A stretch of 64,000 nt of DNA from an uncultured Nitrospiraceae bacterium (lineage in GTDB: Bacteria; Nitrospirota; Nitrospiria; Nitrospirales; Nitrospiraceae). Position 1 is the stretch's first letter; every line of letters starts with the position of its first letter. Positions 1 to 12,760 of this stretch are shown here, piece by piece. A program made the position numbers and the translations under genes. Location: the NCBI GenBank assembly GCA_963706325.1, contig CAVPLT010000007.1, positions 352,001-416,000 on the forward strand, written 5' to 3'. The notes below the pieces were generated by a model that searched no databases, was not told where the DNA came from, and worked only from the letters and a program-made list of their open reading frames with translations.

Positions 1-264
1 CACGGTATGCGCCAAGAGGTTGCCGTCTCAGAGGAGTGGGTTCGTGGAGTGATGCGGGTGGTTCGGCAGGACGCCACCGCGCATCCCTATGACTCCATGC
101 TTGCCTGGGCCGAGCCGTTGGTGTGGCGGGTCGCCGCGGCTGCGGCTTTGGGGGCAGTGATCTTTGCAGGGTCGGTGGTGGTTTATACCGCTCGACAACC
201 GCAGCCGGTCACTCCCGTCTGGCTGGAAGAATTCGATGCAGGGCAGCCGCTTCTCGCAGACTAG
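1..264 (+). CDS. 3' part of a single-TM membrane protein (possibly anti-sigma-like), likely starting before the window
   Basis: ORF 7..264 has one hydrophobic segment (VAAAAALGAVIFAGSVVVY) and sits directly upstream of the periplasmic-protein/MdtABC cluster. Confidence 0.5.
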   Translation, partial: HGMRQEVAVSEEWVRGVMRVVRQDATAHPYDSMLAWAEPLVWRVAAAAALGAVIFAGSVVVYTARQPQPVTPVWLEEFDAGQPLLAD

Positions 265-292
265 TTCGATCGCAGAGTAGGAGTCTCTAGAT

Positions 293-715
293 ATGTCACG
301 CACCACCCTCTGGTTTGGGCTCATGGTACTGTTTCTGGCCGGAGCGCTGACGGGCGTCGTCGGGACGTCGCTCTATTACCAATATGAGGATGAGCATCGG
401 TGGGATAACGGACCGGCGGGACGGCAGGAGCGAATCATGAAACGGCTGACGCAGGAACTGTCGTTGGCTTCGTCTCAACAGGCGGAGATCGAGCCGATCG
501 TCAAGCGGGCGCATCTCGAGATTTTGCGTGTGCGAGTCGATCATCAACCCGACGTCGATCGGATTCTCGGGCTGGGCATGGACAAAATCAAAACGAAGTT
601 GTCGCCCGAGCAGCAGGCGAGGCTGGGCCAGTTGTATGCCCGGCTTCAACGGCGCTGGGAATTGACCCGCGAGTATCTGCAGGAGACGCAGGGGTCCATG
701 GGACGGAAGGAATAG
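293..715 (+). CDS. Periplasmic helical protein, Spy/CpxP or heavy-metal-sensor-like
   Basis: N-terminal hydrophobic anchor, '[18 protein letters not shown]' and 'LSPEQQARL' LTxxQ-like motifs; AGGAG RBS. Confidence 0.65.
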   Translation: MSRTTLWFGLMVLFLAGALTGVVGTSLYYQYEDEHRWDNGPAGRQERIMKRLTQELSLASSQQAEIEPIVKRAHLEILRVRVDHQPDVDRILGLGMDKIKTKLSPEQQARLGQLYARLQRRWELTREYLQETQGSMGRKE

Positions 716-717
716 TC

Positions 718-1959
718 ATGATGGGTCAGTCCGAACGATTTCCCACTGTTTTGAAGCGCTGGCTCATCGGATTGTCGGCAGCCAGTCTGCTGGCGGTGGG
801 GGTCTATGCGTTGATGACCATATCCGGCGAAGCGCAACAGCGCGGCGCGGAGAAACGTCCGGCGATGGCGGCGCGAAGCACCCCCATCGTGGCGACTGCC
901 GCCAAAACCGGAGAGATCAACATGTACCTGAACGGACTGGGATCGGTCACTCCTCTGAATACCGTCACGGTCAGGAGCCGTGTGGATGGGCAATTGATGC
1001 GGGTGTTGTTCAAGGAAGGACAATTCGTGCGCAGCGGCGATCTGCTGGCCGAGATCGATCCGCGTCCGTTCGAGGTGCAGTTGGTTCAAGCTCAAGGGCA
1101 GATGGCCCGCGATCAGGCGCAGCTGAAGAATGCTCAGTTAGATCTGCAACGCTATCAAGACCTGTACAAACAAAATTACATTCCGAAGCAGCAGGTCGAT
1201 ACGCAGGAAGCCTTGGTGCGTCAATACGTAGGGATCGTCCAGGCCAACCAGGGACAGATCGACAACGCCAAGCTGCAGCTGGCCTATTCCAGCATCACGG
1301 CGCCCATCAGCGGGCGGGTGGGGCTCCGCCTTGTGGATGCCGGAAATATCGTGCGCGCGAACGATCCCACCGGATTGCTGGTGATCACTCAATTGCAGCC
1401 CATCACCGTCATATTTACCCTGGCGGAAGACAATCTGCCTGCCGTGCTCGAACGCCTCAAGGCCGGAAAACAATTAGTCGTGGAGGCATTCGACCGTGAG
1501 CAGAAACGCAAACTGGCCACGGGAACACTCCTTACGGTGGATAATCAGATCGACCCGAATACCGGAACCGTCAGGTTGAAGGCGGTGTTCCCCAATGATG
1601 CCAGTGAGCTGTTTCCAAACCAGTTCGTGAATGCCCGGCTTCTCCTGGATATCAAGCGAGGCGCGACCGTCGTGCCCTCCGCAGCGATCCAGCGTGGCCC
1701 AAAAGGAACCTTTGTGTACGTGGTGAAAAGCGAAGAGCCAACGGTCACCGTGCGGGAGGTGACCGTTGGAGTGTCGCAGGGAGAAGAGACCTCGATCGAG
1801 ACGGGGCTGTCGCCGGGTGAGTTGGTCGTCGTGGATGGGACCGAAAAATTGCGCGAAGGCAGCAAGGTCGAGCTGCGGCCTGCGAGCGGGCCGGTCCCGG
1901 CGAGCCAGGAGACCCAGCCGACGGGAGCCGAGCCGATGAAGCAAGGAAACCGGACGTGA
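718..1959 (+). CDS. mdtA: RND membrane fusion protein, MdtA/MuxA family
   Basis: '[21 protein letters not shown]', '[18 protein letters not shown]', '[11 protein letters not shown]'; precedes two RND permeases. Confidence 0.92.
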   Translation: MMGQSERFPTVLKRWLIGLSAASLLAVGVYALMTISGEAQQRGAEKRPAMAARSTPIVATAAKTGEINMYLNGLGSVTPLNTVTVRSRVDGQLMRVLFKEGQFVRSGDLLAEIDPRPFEVQLVQAQGQMARDQAQLKNAQLDLQRYQDLYKQNYIPKQQVDTQEALVRQYVGIVQANQGQIDNAKLQLAYSSITAPISGRVGLRLVDAGNIVRANDPTGLLVITQLQPITVIFTLAEDNLPAVLERLKAGKQLVVEAFDREQKRKLATGTLLTVDNQIDPNTGTVRLKAVFPNDASELFPNQFVNARLLLDIKRGATVVPSAAIQRGPKGTFVYVVKSEEPTVTVREVTVGVSQGEETSIETGLSPGELVVVDGTEKLREGSKVELRPASGPVPASQETQPTGAEPMKQGNRT

Positions 1960-4900
1960 ACCCTTCGCGACTCTTCATCCTGCGGCCGGTGGCCACTGTG
2001 TTGACGATGGTCGCGATCCTTCTGGCGGGCGCCATCGCCTATCGCCAGTTGCCTGTTTCCGCCCTTCCCCAAGTCGATTATCCGACCATCCAAGTGTTGA
2101 CGTTCTATCCCGGTGCCGGGCCGGACGTCATGGCTTCTTCCATTACGGCGCCGCTGGAACGGCAGTTCGGGCAAATGCCCGGGCTGAACCAAATGACCTC
2201 CACCAGTTCAGGAGGGAGCTCCGTCATCACATTGCAGTTCAGCCTTGAAGTCAATCTGGACGTGGCGGAGCAGGAGGTCCAGGCGGCAATGAATGCCGCC
2301 GCCACGTTCCTGCCGCGCGATCTGCCCGCGCCGCCGGTCTATAACAAGGTCAATCCGGCCGACGCGCCGATTCTCACGTTGGCATTGACCTCTGCCACGC
2401 TCCCTCTGCCGCAGGTTCGTGATTTCGCGGAAACCCGGTTCGCCCAGAAAATTTCGCAGCTCTCCGGCGTCGGCCTGGTCAGCATCAGTGGTGGGCAGCG
2501 TCCCGCGGTGCGGATCCAAGCGAATCCACGGGCACTGGCATCCTATGGATTGACGCTGGAGGATCTTCGGTTCGTGGTAGCTGCCGCCAACGTCAATCAG
2601 GCAAAAGGCGGGTTCGACGGACCGCGGCGCGCGTCGATCATCAACGCCACGGACCAGTTATTTGCCGGCAAGGAATATGAACCGCTCATCGTCGCCTATC
2701 GCAACGGCGGGCCGGTCCATCTGTCGGACGTGGCCGAAGTGATCGACGATGTGGAAAATACCAAGCAGGCAGCCTGGATGAATGAGACGCCGGCGGTGAT
2801 CGTCAATATACAGCGCCAGCCCGGGACCAACGTCATTGAAATCGTCGATCGGGTCAAAGGATTGCTGCCGCAGTTGCAAAATACGTTGCCCTCGTCGGTC
2901 CAGGTGACGGTGCTCACCGACCGCACGACCTCTATCCGCGCGACGGTCCGCGATGTGCAGTTCGAGTTGGTCTTGGCGGTGGCGCTCGTCATTCTCGTGA
3001 TCTTTCTCTTTCTTCGGACCTTGTCCGCCACGGTAATCCCGGCCGCAGCCGTGCCGATGTCGCTGATCGGCACGTTCGGAGTCATGTACCTGATGGGGTT
3101 CAGCCTGAACAATCTCACGTTGATGGCGCTGACGATCTCCACCGGATTTGTCGTGGACGATGCGATCGTCATGATCGAAAATATCGCGCGCTATATCGAG
3201 CGGGGGGATTCACCGCTTCAGGCCGCTCTGAAGGGATCGAAGCAAATTGCCTTTACCATTCTGTCGTTGACCGTCTCCTTAATCGCCGTGCTGATTCCCC
3301 TGCTGTTCATGGGTGATGTGGTCGGGCGCTTGTTCCGTGAGTTCGCCCTGACGCTCAGTATCACCATTTTGATTTCGGCAGTTGTGTCACTGACACTCAC
3401 GCCGATGATGTCCGCCAGGCTGCTGCGCGAGAGAGGGACGAAGCAGCCCGGCCGCTTCAATCGTTACTCGCAAGAGGTTCTAGATCGTATCTTGGCCGGG
3501 TATGGCACAAGCTTACTCTGGGTCCTCCGTCATCAAAAGGCCACGCTGGTCGTGACGATGGGAACGGTGATCCTGACCGTTGCGCTGTACATCCTGATCC
3601 CCAAGGGTTTCTTTCCGATTCAAGATACAGGTGTCATTCTCGGGATGACGGAAGCGCCGCAATCCGTGTCGTTCAGAGCGATGGAAGATCGGCAGCAGGC
3701 CCTCGCTCGCGCAATCCTGGAAGAACCTTCCGTGGAAAGCTTGTCGTCGTTCATCGGCGTCGACGGAACCAATACGACTCTCAACAGCGGGCGCATGTAC
3801 ATCAACTTGAAGCCGCTGGAGGAGCGGCGCTCCGCCGACGACATCATCCGGCGCTTGGAGGCGCGGGCCGCGGAGGTGGACGGAATCACGCTGCACATGC
3901 AACCGGTGCAGGATCTCACGGTCGAAGACCGCGTCAGCCGCACTCAGTTTCAGTACACGTTGGAAGATGCCGATCCCGAGGAATTGAATCGCTGGGCCCC
4001 CAAACTCCTGGCGGCTCTCCAGTTACGTCCGGAACTTCGGGATGTCAGCAGCGATCAGCAGAATCAAGGACTGGCCTCCATGCTGGTGATCGACCGCAAT
4101 ACGGCGTCTCGGCTCGGCATCACGCCGCAGATCATTACAGACACGCTGTACGATGCGTTTGGCCAGCGCCAGGTCTCTACCATATTTACCCAATTGAACC
4201 AGTACCGCGTCATTCTGGAAGTGATGCCGGAGTTTCAAAAGGGTCCGGAAGCCTTGCACTTGCTGGAGGTGCGGGGCAGCGGTGGCCCGGTGCCGCTGAA
4301 CGTGTTCAGCAGGGTCAAGGAAACGACCGCGCCGCTCGTGATCAGCCGGCAGGGTCAATTCCCCGCGGTGACGATCTCATTCAATCTTGCGCCGGCAGGT
4401 TCGCTGGGCGATGCGGTGGAGGCGATCGGCCAGGTGACGAAGGAGCTGGGGCTACCGCCGAGCATTCGCGGGAGTTTTCAAGGCGCAGCGCAGGCATTTC
4501 AAACTGCCTTGGGGAATCAGCCACTGCTGATCCTGGCGGCCTTGGTGACGGTCTATATCGTGCTCGGTATTTTATATGAGAGCTATATCCATCCCCTGAC
4601 GATCCTTTCGACCTTGCCTTCGGCGGGTGTCGGCGCGCTCCTGGCTTTAATGCTGTTCCGCATGGAGTTCAGCGTGATTGCCCTCATCGGCATCATACTG
4701 CTGATCGGGATCGTCAAGAAGAACGCAATCATGATGATCGATTTCGCCCTGGAGGCGGAACGTCAGGACGGCAAGCGGCCGGAAGAGGCGATTTATGAAG
4801 CCGCTCTGCTGCGATTCCGACCCATCATGATGACGACGATGGCGGCTCTGCTGGGAGCGCTGCCGCTTGCGATGGGATCGGGGGTGGGTTCGGAGCTGCG

Positions 4901-5066
4901 GCGCCCGCTTGGGATTGCCATCGTCGGAGGGCTGGTCTTGAGCCAATTGCTGACTCTCTATACGACACCGGTGGTCTACCTGGCACTTGATCGACTGGCG
5001 GCGCGTTTCCGGTCGGACCAGCGCCAGGTTCCGCTCTCCGAGGCGCTGCCCATAGGCCCGCGATGA
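1956..5066 (+). CDS. mdtB: RND efflux permease, MdtB/MuxB
   Basis: '[14 protein letters not shown]', '[16 protein letters not shown]', '[13 protein letters not shown]'; 1036 aa; GTGA overlap with mdtA. Confidence 0.93.
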   Translation: MNPSRLFILRPVATVLTMVAILLAGAIAYRQLPVSALPQVDYPTIQVLTFYPGAGPDVMASSITAPLERQFGQMPGLNQMTSTSSGGSSVITLQFSLEVNLDVAEQEVQAAMNAAATFLPRDLPAPPVYNKVNPADAPILTLALTSATLPLPQVRDFAETRFAQKISQLSGVGLVSISGGQRPAVRIQANPRALASYGLTLEDLRFVVAAANVNQAKGGFDGPRRASIINATDQLFAGKEYEPLIVAYRNGGPVHLSDVAEVIDDVENTKQAAWMNETPAVIVNIQRQPGTNVIEIVDRVKGLLPQLQNTLPSSVQVTVLTDRTTSIRATVRDVQFELVLAVALVILVIFLFLRTLSATVIPAAAVPMSLIGTFGVMYLMGFSLNNLTLMALTISTGFVVDDAIVMIENIARYIERGDSPLQAALKGSKQIAFTILSLTVSLIAVLIPLLFMGDVVGRLFREFALTLSITILISAVVSLTLTPMMSARLLRERGTKQPGRFNRYSQEVLDRILAGYGTSLLWVLRHQKATLVVTMGTVILTVALYILIPKGFFPIQDTGVILGMTEAPQSVSFRAMEDRQQALARAILEEPSVESLSSFIGVDGTNTTLNSGRMYINLKPLEERRSADDIIRRLEARAAEVDGITLHMQPVQDLTVEDRVSRTQFQYTLEDADPEELNRWAPKLLAALQLRPELRDVSSDQQNQGLASMLVIDRNTASRLGITPQIITDTLYDAFGQRQVSTIFTQLNQYRVILEVMPEFQKGPEALHLLEVRGSGGPVPLNVFSRVKETTAPLVISRQGQFPAVTISFNLAPAGSLGDAVEAIGQVTKELGLPPSIRGSFQGAAQAFQTALGNQPLLILAALVTVYIVLGILYESYIHPLTILSTLPSAGVGALLALMLFRMEFSVIALIGIILLIGIVKKNAIMMIDFALEAERQDGKRPEEAIYEAALLRFRPIMMTTMAALLGALPLAMGSGVGSELRRPLGIAIVGGLVLSQLLTLYTTPVVYLALDRLAARFRSDQRQVPLSEALPIGPR

Positions 5067-8000
5067 ATATTTCGGCTCCCTTCGTCCGGCGTCCGGTCGG
5101 GACGATGTTAATGACCATCGGCATCACGCTGGTCGGCATCATTGCCTTTCAATTCTTGCCCGTCGCGGCCTTGCCTCAGGTGGAGTTTCCGACCATCAAC
5201 GTGTCTGCGTCGCTACCAGGCGCAAGCCCCGAGACTATGGCTTCTTCCGTGGCGGCTCCGCTCGAGCGCCAATTCACCCGTATCGCCGGCGTCACGGAGA
5301 TGACCTCCACTAGTACGATCGGCGGGACCACCGTCACGCTGCAGTTCGAGTTAAATCGTGACATCGACGGCGCCGCGAGAGACGTTCAGGCGGCGATCAA
5401 CGCGGCCCGTGCCGATCTTCCTCCGAATCTGCCTTCCACCCCTCGATACCGCAAAGTGAATCCTTCGGACGGGCCAATCCTTATTGTCGCCTTGACGTCC
5501 GAACTCGTGACCCGGGGTCAGATGTACGATGCGGCGTCGAGCATCCTGCAGCAAAAGCTCTCGCAGGTTGAAGGGGTGGGCCAGGTGTTCGTGGGAGGAG
5601 GATCGCTGCCGGCCATCCGGGTCGATCTCAATCCCACCGCATTGAACAAGTACGGCATCGGGTTGGGGGAGGTGCGCCAGGTCTTAGCCGCCACGAACGT
5701 GAATCGGCCGAAAGGACAGCTGACATCGGACGACCGTACGCGCGAAATCAGGACCAACGACCAGCTCCACAAGGTCGAAGAATACTTGCCCCTGATCGTG
5801 ACCTATCGAAACGGACGGGCCGTTCAGCTCTCCGATGTGGCGACGGTCGAGCATTCGGTCGAAGACCTCAGGACGATGGGTGTGGCGAATGGGACGCCCG
5901 CGGTGTTGGTGATCATCTACCGGCAGGCCGGAGCCAACATTATCGAGACGGTGGACCGGCTTCGCGAGCGATTGCCTCAACTGGAAGCGTCGCTTCCTGG
6001 CAGCATGGCGCTCTCGATCGTAGTGGACCGCACACCGGTGATCCGCGCGTCGCTGCATGACGTGGAAAGGACCCTGGCCATCTCCGTAGGGCTGGTGATA
6101 CTAGTGGTATTCGTCTTCCTTCGGGACCTCCGTGCGACCCTTATCCCTTGCGTCGCCGTTCCGGTCTCGCTGGTCTCAACCTTCGGGGTGATGTATCTGC
6201 TCGGATATAGTCTCGACAATCTTTCCCTCATGGCCATGACGATTGCGACGGGCTTCGTGGTCGACGATGCCATCGTGGTGCTCGAAAACATTACTCGTTA
6301 CCGTGAGCAGGGCGTGCCTCCGATGGACGCTGCCCTGCGCGGAGCCAAGGACATCGCCTTCACGGTCGTGTCAATGACCCTGTCGCTGGTCGCGGTCTTT
6401 ATTCCCATCTTCCTCATGGGTGGAATGCTCGGGCGCCTGTTTCAAGAATTCGCGGTGACGCTCTCGGTCGCGATACTCGTCTCCCTGGTGGTCTCTCTGA
6501 CGACGGTTCCGATGCTCTGCGCGCGTGTGCTCACGTCAGAGCGAACTGCTTCGCATGGCTGGTGGTATCGACATAGCGAGAGGGCGTTCGGATCGTTGCA
6601 TCATGGATATGCGAGGAGTCTGGCGTGGGTGCTTCGTCACCCTCGCACCATGTTGCTGGTGACGTTCGGCACCATGGCGTTAACCGTCTATCTGTACATC
6701 ATCGTGCCGAAGGGATTCTTTCCCCAGCAGGATACGGGTCGCCTGTTCGGCAATATTCAGGCGGCCCAGGACATTTCTTTTCAAGCGATGCGCCAGAAAC
6801 TGTCTGAAGTGGTGGAGATCATCAAGAACGATCCCGCCGTCGATAACGTCACGGGTTTTACCGGCGGCGGCGGCAATGCCGGCACGACCAATACCGGCAG
6901 GATGTTCATTGCGTTGAAGCCGCTCAGGGAGCGAAGCATCAGTTCCGATCAGGTGATTGCTCGTCTGCGCCCTCAACTGGCCAAGGTACCCGGAGCTCCG
7001 ACGTATCTGCAATCGATCCAGGATCTTCGTATCGGCGGCAGATCAAGCAGCGCGCAATATCAATATACGCTGCAGAGCGTAGACCTGCCCGAACTCAACA
7101 CATGGGCTCCAATCGTGGAGCAAACATTGCGCAGCCTGCCGGAAATCGTGGACGTGAATAGCGACCAGCAGGACAGGGGACAACAATCGCTGGTGGTATT
7201 CGATCGGGCCACGGCTTCACGGCTCGGGCTGAGCCCTCAACTCATCGACGATACGCTCTATGACGCGTTCGGCCAGCGTCAGGTGTCGATCATGTACACA
7301 CCCCTCAATCAATACCGTGTGGTCATGGGGGTCGCCCCGCAATATTGGCAGAGCCCGGACGCGTTGCATGACATCTACATCCGCTCGCCCTCCGGGGCGC
7401 AAGTGCCCTTGAGCGCCGTCACCCGATACGAACGCACGAACACGATCCTCTCCGTCAATCATCAAGGCCAGTTTCCAGGCATCACTCTGTCCTTCAACAT
7501 GTCCGCAGGAGTATCGCTGGGAGAAGCGGTGCGGGCAATCGAGCAGTCCATGCATGACATCGGTCTGCCCGCGACGGTGCGAGGCACCTTCCAGGGCACC
7601 GCGAAGGCGTTCCGATCCTCGGTGGAAAATCAGCCATGGCTGATCCTGGCGGCTTTGATGACCGTCTATATCGTGCTCGGCATTTTATATGAGAGCTACA
7701 TCCATCCCCTGACGATCCTTTCGACCTTGCCTTCGGCGGGCGTGGGCGCGTTGCTGGCGTTGCTGCTCTTCAAGATCGAACTGACGATGATCGCGTTGAT
7801 CGGCATCATGCTGTTGATCGGGATCGTCAAGAAAAACGCCATCATGATGATAGACTTCGCGCTTCAAAGTGAGCGGGAAGGAGAAGGCAAGTCGCCGGCG
7901 GACGCGATTTATGAAGCCTGCCTCTTGCGATTTCGGCCGATCATGATGACAACCCTGGCGGCCTTGCTGGGCGCGCTTCCGCTGGCCGTCGGCATGGGGG

Positions 8001-8164
8001 TGGGGTCGGAGCTGCGCCGCCCGCTCGGTATTGCGATTGTGGGCGGCCTCCTCGTGAGCCAGGTGCTGACCCTCTACACTACTCCGGTGGTCTATTTGTA
8101 TTTGGACCGTCTGAGGCTCCGATTCGTCAGGAAAAGAGTTCCCTCTCTGCATTCTGCCGCATAG
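5063..8164 (+). CDS. mdtC: RND efflux permease, MdtC/MuxC
   Basis: '[14 protein letters not shown]', 'LPQVEFPTI', '[13 protein letters not shown]'; second permease of a heteromeric pair. Confidence 0.92.
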   Translation: MNISAPFVRRPVGTMLMTIGITLVGIIAFQFLPVAALPQVEFPTINVSASLPGASPETMASSVAAPLERQFTRIAGVTEMTSTSTIGGTTVTLQFELNRDIDGAARDVQAAINAARADLPPNLPSTPRYRKVNPSDGPILIVALTSELVTRGQMYDAASSILQQKLSQVEGVGQVFVGGGSLPAIRVDLNPTALNKYGIGLGEVRQVLAATNVNRPKGQLTSDDRTREIRTNDQLHKVEEYLPLIVTYRNGRAVQLSDVATVEHSVEDLRTMGVANGTPAVLVIIYRQAGANIIETVDRLRERLPQLEASLPGSMALSIVVDRTPVIRASLHDVERTLAISVGLVILVVFVFLRDLRATLIPCVAVPVSLVSTFGVMYLLGYSLDNLSLMAMTIATGFVVDDAIVVLENITRYREQGVPPMDAALRGAKDIAFTVVSMTLSLVAVFIPIFLMGGMLGRLFQEFAVTLSVAILVSLVVSLTTVPMLCARVLTSERTASHGWWYRHSERAFGSLHHGYARSLAWVLRHPRTMLLVTFGTMALTVYLYIIVPKGFFPQQDTGRLFGNIQAAQDISFQAMRQKLSEVVEIIKNDPAVDNVTGFTGGGGNAGTTNTGRMFIALKPLRERSISSDQVIARLRPQLAKVPGAPTYLQSIQDLRIGGRSSSAQYQYTLQSVDLPELNTWAPIVEQTLRSLPEIVDVNSDQQDRGQQSLVVFDRATASRLGLSPQLIDDTLYDAFGQRQVSIMYTPLNQYRVVMGVAPQYWQSPDALHDIYIRSPSGAQVPLSAVTRYERTNTILSVNHQGQFPGITLSFNMSAGVSLGEAVRAIEQSMHDIGLPATVRGTFQGTAKAFRSSVENQPWLILAALMTVYIVLGILYESYIHPLTILSTLPSAGVGALLALLLFKIELTMIALIGIMLLIGIVKKNAIMMIDFALQSEREGEGKSPADAIYEACLLRFRPIMMTTLAALLGALPLAVGMGVGSELRRPLGIAIVGGLLVSQVLTLYTTPVVYLYLDRLRLRFVRKRVPSLHSAA

Positions 8165-8423
8165 TATGTTGCTGCTCCGCGAGTGTCACATTCGCCTGAC
8201 TTTACCTCACGTTCCGCTCCTGGAATGCCGCTCTGGCCAGTAGACGAAGGGGCGCGCTCCCTCAACGACATTAATTTTTGCTCTTCTATCAATACCTGGA
8301 ATCCGAACATTCTCTTTTCGTTTGGGACCGGCTAGGGTACCGACATGAACGGGCACGGACCCTCACGCGCCCTCTGTCGGATATTGGGGTCCTTTCGGGC
8401 CACGTCTTACGGTCAGTGACTAT

Positions 8424-9098
8424 ATGAACACATCGCCTGCGTTTGATCTCGAACATTTGTTTCAGGAACATCAGCGTGATCTCTTGGCAATGCTTCGCCG
8501 CATGGTGGGGTGCCGGGAGACCGCGGCCGATCTGGCACAGGAAGCGTACATTCGTCTTGCCGACGTCCCGACCTCGCATATTATTACATCTCCTCGCGCG
8601 TTTTTATTTCGCACCGCCACCAATCTCGCGCTGGATCATTTCAGAAAGCAAAAATTTCGGGGCCAACGGCAAGCGTCGCTCGAGGAAGCCGAGAACGTAC
8701 CGACCGATGCGCGAGCCATAGACGCTCAGGTTCATGATAAGCAATTGGTCGCGACGCTCGAGCGGGCGCTGGCCACCTTGTCAGACCGCACTCGTGCGAT
8801 CTTTGCCATGCGGCGAGTATACGGCTATTCCTATCAGGAGATCGCCGCGCATTGGCAGATGTCGGAACGGGCGGTCGAAAAACATCTCGTGAAAGCCATG
8901 ACTCGCTGCCAAGAGGCGTTGATGGATAAGGATGTGCCCGCTACAGATAGGAGGGGAAAAGAGGAAGCTGACACGTCAATCGGAAGAGGATATAGTGCCT
9001 CGATTGCTTCTCTTGTTCATCTTTCCGAGTCACGATGCGACCTGAAGACAATCGTTCGCAGCTGCCATCCGCAAACTACAATCCGGAGCGACACCTAA
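8424..9098 (+). CDS. FecI-like ECF sigma factor
   Basis: 'AADLAQEAYIRL', 'PRAFLFRTATNLALDHFR', region 4 'GYSYQEIAAHWQMSERAVEKHL'; adjacent to a FecR gene. Confidence 0.9.
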   Translation: MNTSPAFDLEHLFQEHQRDLLAMLRRMVGCRETAADLAQEAYIRLADVPTSHIITSPRAFLFRTATNLALDHFRKQKFRGQRQASLEEAENVPTDARAIDAQVHDKQLVATLERALATLSDRTRAIFAMRRVYGYSYQEIAAHWQMSERAVEKHLVKAMTRCQEALMDKDVPATDRRGKEEADTSIGRGYSASIASLVHLSESRCDLKTIVRSCHPQTTIRSDT

Positions 9099-10033
9099 TT
9101 AAGGAAGCGACGGCGTGGTTTGTACGCCAGGCGGCCGGCGACTTTACCCCTGTCGAACGGCGCCAGTTAGAGTCCTGGTGCGCACAAAGCCCGGCGCATG
9201 CGCGCGCCTATCACAACGTGTCTGAGTTGTGGAACGCGCCTGAAATGCACAGGGCGGCGGCGCAGAGCTCAGCCGGCTGTCCTGTCCCTCAGGTGCGTGA
9301 GCAGACGCGTCATGCCTGGCGCTTCGCGGGAACTGCAGCCGCGGCGGTACTCTTGATGGTCAGCCTGGCGCTGTGGAGCGAAGGCCTACTCATCTGGCTG
9401 AAGGCAGACTATTCCACGGGAGTCGGGGAGCAGCGCGTCGTGACGCTGCAGGATCAGTCGGTCGTGACCTTAAACACGGGCACGTCCATTGCCGTGCGAT
9501 ATGCCTCCGATCGGCGATACATAGAATTGCTGCGAGGAGAGGCCTCCTTCGCTGTGCAGCCCAATCCTGCACGGCCGTTCACCGTTGAAAGCCACGGCGT
9601 CTCTACGACGGCCATCGGCACTCGATTTGTAGTCAAACATCGCAGCGCAGATATCCAAGTCACGGTGCTGAGCGGGACGGTCCTTGTTGACCATGGCAGG
9701 AAGGCACCAGATGACGCCATACGTTTGGCCGCCGGCGATCAAGTCTCCGTCGGGCAGCATGGGGCAGGATCAATTGATCGAGTTGATACAACGGCCATCG
9801 CCGCATGGATGCAGGGTCGTTTGGTTTTCGTCCGAACTCCACTCGCCGACGTCGTTCAGGATCTTGCCCGGTACCATCGAGGCTATATTATTATCTGGAA
9901 TCCAGCGCTCCAGTCCCTTCCGGTGACGGGTATCTATAACCTATCGGATCCCTCCCATATCCTCACGGCTCTGGCCGATACCTTGCCGATCCATATGGTT
10001 CGTCTCACAGACCACCTCGTCGTCATTCGCTAA
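9035..10033 (+). CDS. FecR-family anti-sigma/transmembrane sensor
   Basis: 'EATAWFVR..W...SPAHARAY', TM helix, 'YSTGVGEQRVVTLQDQSVVTLNT', 'AWMQGRLVF'. Confidence 0.92.
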   Translation: MRPEDNRSQLPSANYNPERHLIKEATAWFVRQAAGDFTPVERRQLESWCAQSPAHARAYHNVSELWNAPEMHRAAAQSSAGCPVPQVREQTRHAWRFAGTAAAAVLLMVSLALWSEGLLIWLKADYSTGVGEQRVVTLQDQSVVTLNTGTSIAVRYASDRRYIELLRGEASFAVQPNPARPFTVESHGVSTTAIGTRFVVKHRSADIQVTVLSGTVLVDHGRKAPDDAIRLAAGDQVSVGQHGAGSIDRVDTTAIAAWMQGRLVFVRTPLADVVQDLARYHRGYIIIWNPALQSLPVTGIYNLSDPSHILTALADTLPIHMVRLTDHLVVIR

Positions 10034-10185
10034 GACCTCCTTCTTCGCAACCGTATTCCGTCAATGTGCTCGCCTTTGTTCCCTGGAGGGGGGGATTTTT
10101 CTTTCCCATACGTCCAGGCACAGGAAGGACACAACGATCGAGGGGCCGTGATATCGATCCTCGAAGTTTACTGACGGAGGTTTGA

Positions 10186-12684
10186 ATGAACAACAGTGCC
10201 TGTTACCGAAAAGAACTCGTGACCTCACCGAACCAAGCGCGCCGAATCTCCTCCACAATCGGCCTGCGGAAGCCGTGTCTTCTTGTGACGCTGGTCGTGA
10301 CCCTTGCGGGCCTCAATCACGCGTTTGCGCAAAGCGACGCCATCACCGCCGAAGCGGACAGCCGGCCTAAGAATCAATATCAGATTTCCCAGCAACCGTT
10401 AAACACGGCCTTGCGAGACTTTGCATTGGCCTCTGGGTTACAGGTCAGTTTTCCCGACGACATCGCCCGAGGACGGACGTCGCGTGAAGTCGCCGGATCC
10501 TATACGCCCGAAGAAGCCCTGTCGGAGTTACTTGCCGGAACAGGACTCTCGTTTCGCTTTACCAGCGCCGACACGGTGACCTTGGAGCGGGCAGGTCCAT
10601 CCATCGTCCCTCTCGCGCCGGCCGCAACAAACCAACGCTCTGCCGGTTCGGCCGATAATGGACAGGGCGGAACGCCGACCAGCGTCAAGCCGATCGTGGT
10701 GCCTGAAATCGTGGTGAAGGACGTGCATGAACGGAACGAGCCGGACCAGGAGGCGGTGAAGGAAATAGCTGGAGCGGTCAATGTCGTCACCCGCGAGGAA
10801 ATCCAGCGAGCCAGGCCAAAAAACGCAGACGAAATGTTGCGACGCGTTCCCGGTGTCAATGTGCTGGATGAATATGGCCAAGGATTAAGACCGAACATTG
10901 GAATACGGGGCATGGATCCAAGGCGGAGCAGAAATATTCTCCTGCTGGTAGATGACATTCCCATTCAACCGGCCCTCTTTGGAGATGCCTCGACCTACTA
11001 CATGGTGCCGATCGAACGCATCGATCATATTGAGGTGATCAAGGGGGGAGCTACTGTCCAATATTCGCCCAATACTCAAGGCGGCATGATCAATTTCATT
11101 CAGAAAAGGATTCCCACGACACCGACCTTCTCCACGACGAACACGTTCGGCAGTTTCAATCTCTTTCAATCCGACACACAGTACGGCGGCTACTTCGGAA
11201 ATTTCGGAGCGCAATTGGGATATATCCGGCGCCAGTCGGACGGGTTCAGAGACCGGAGTAAATCGCAGTTGGACGATTTCACCATGCGGTTCGAAGCGAA
11301 TCCCGATGATAGAACCCGCCTTACGACCAATATCTCTTGGTACGACGAAACGACGCAGACGCCGGGAAGTCTCACGCCTACTCAATATCGAAACGATCGC
11401 ACCCTCGCGGGAAAGCCACTGGATGAGTTTAAGGGGCAACGAGGGGCGATCGATGTGACGGCGAGCCGGGAGATCGACGCGCGCAATACGGCCAAAGTGA
11501 TCGTGTACGGCAATGTGTTTGAACGGAACTGGTATATCCAGGATCAAGCCGCTAATGGCACGTTGCTTTCAACCAGCACGAACTTCTTGCGCAAGTTCAA
11601 TGTATTCGGCGTTATGCCGCAACATCAGTTCAATTTTTCCCTCTTTGGCTTGGATCAAAAAGTCACGTCCGGCGTTCGATATCACGCGGAACGACTCACC
11701 GATATCACAGGGATCGGCACGGCCGGCTCGAAAATCAGCCGTACCACCAACAATGCCGATCTGGAATCGGTGGCCTATGCCGCCTATACGGAAACAGCCA
11801 TCCGATTGACCCAGGCCCTCACCATTTCACCTGGCATACGGTGGGAGCAGGTCAACCAAAGCCGTGAAGCGATGAATGCCATCCCGCCGGCGACGCTGCC
11901 CAATTTCAAAAGCAATAACACCACTCAAGGCCTGATCTATGGGACGGGAGTGAAGTATCAACTCACCCCGGACAGCATGTTGTTCGGCCACGTTCATACG
12001 ACATTTCGGCCACCCACCTTTGCCAATGCGGTCGATCCGACCAGCGGAACCACACAAGACCTTGAGGCCGAGCGCGGGTTGAGTTCGGATATCGGGGCCC
12101 GGTCCACCATCGTGCCCGGTGTGAGCGCGGAAATTGCCGTGTTTCGAACCGACTTCAGCAATCAGATCGTTCAGCAAGGAAGCCAGTTCGTGAATGCGGG
12201 GAAGACGCTGCAGCAAGGAATCGAAAGCAGCGTCAGTCTCGATTGGGGCGAACTCGTACGTCCGCTGCAAGGCTTCGTCACCAGGGCGAATGTCACCCTC
12301 TTGCGGCCCAAGTCGCTCTTTGGCGCCACGAACGGGAAGGATCTTCCCTATGCCCCGCGCATGACGTTCTATGGATTAGTGGGCTATTACCACCCCACCG
12401 GTGCCTCGATTGAGGCGGATGCCACGTACGTCGCCCAGCAATTTACTGATGGCGCGAATACCCAGACGGAGAATGCTCTCGGGACGACGGGAGCCATTCC
12501 CTCCTATACCATTTGGAATTTACGGCTCAACTATGCGCCGCCCAAGGCTCGCTGGGCGGTTTTCGCAGGCGTGCGCAACCTCACCGATGAATCATTCATT
12601 GCGCAACGCACAACCGGAAGTTTCATCGGTATTCAGCCCGGCGAAATCAGGAATTTTTACGGTGGCTTCTCATGGAAGTTTTAG
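10186..12684 (+). CDS. TonB-dependent outer-membrane receptor with N-terminal signalling (STN) domain, FecA-like
   Basis: Signal peptide, STN 'ISQQPLNTALRDFALASGLQV', plug 'NIGIRG...IEVIKGG', C-terminal 'FSWKF'. Confidence 0.92.
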   Translation: MNNSACYRKELVTSPNQARRISSTIGLRKPCLLVTLVVTLAGLNHAFAQSDAITAEADSRPKNQYQISQQPLNTALRDFALASGLQVSFPDDIARGRTSREVAGSYTPEEALSELLAGTGLSFRFTSADTVTLERAGPSIVPLAPAATNQRSAGSADNGQGGTPTSVKPIVVPEIVVKDVHERNEPDQEAVKEIAGAVNVVTREEIQRARPKNADEMLRRVPGVNVLDEYGQGLRPNIGIRGMDPRRSRNILLLVDDIPIQPALFGDASTYYMVPIERIDHIEVIKGGATVQYSPNTQGGMINFIQKRIPTTPTFSTTNTFGSFNLFQSDTQYGGYFGNFGAQLGYIRRQSDGFRDRSKSQLDDFTMRFEANPDDRTRLTTNISWYDETTQTPGSLTPTQYRNDRTLAGKPLDEFKGQRGAIDVTASREIDARNTAKVIVYGNVFERNWYIQDQAANGTLLSTSTNFLRKFNVFGVMPQHQFNFSLFGLDQKVTSGVRYHAERLTDITGIGTAGSKISRTTNNADLESVAYAAYTETAIRLTQALTISPGIRWEQVNQSREAMNAIPPATLPNFKSNNTTQGLIYGTGVKYQLTPDSMLFGHVHTTFRPPTFANAVDPTSGTTQDLEAERGLSSDIGARSTIVPGVSAEIAVFRTDFSNQIVQQGSQFVNAGKTLQQGIESSVSLDWGELVRPLQGFVTRANVTLLRPKSLFGATNGKDLPYAPRMTFYGLVGYYHPTGASIEADATYVAQQFTDGANTQTENALGTTGAIPSYTIWNLRLNYAPPKARWAVFAGVRNLTDESFIAQRTTGSFIGIQPGEIRNFYGGFSWKF

Positions 12685-12760
12685 CCATGAGCCAGTCGCC
12701 GACTTTCGATGACCTTTATGGGTGCGACTGATTTCTGACACCCACTAGTAAAGGATACCC

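Noticed and set aside
8260..8300. Fur box upstream of the FecI-like gene
   Set aside because: AT-rich, but no convincing match to the 19-bp Fur palindrome.
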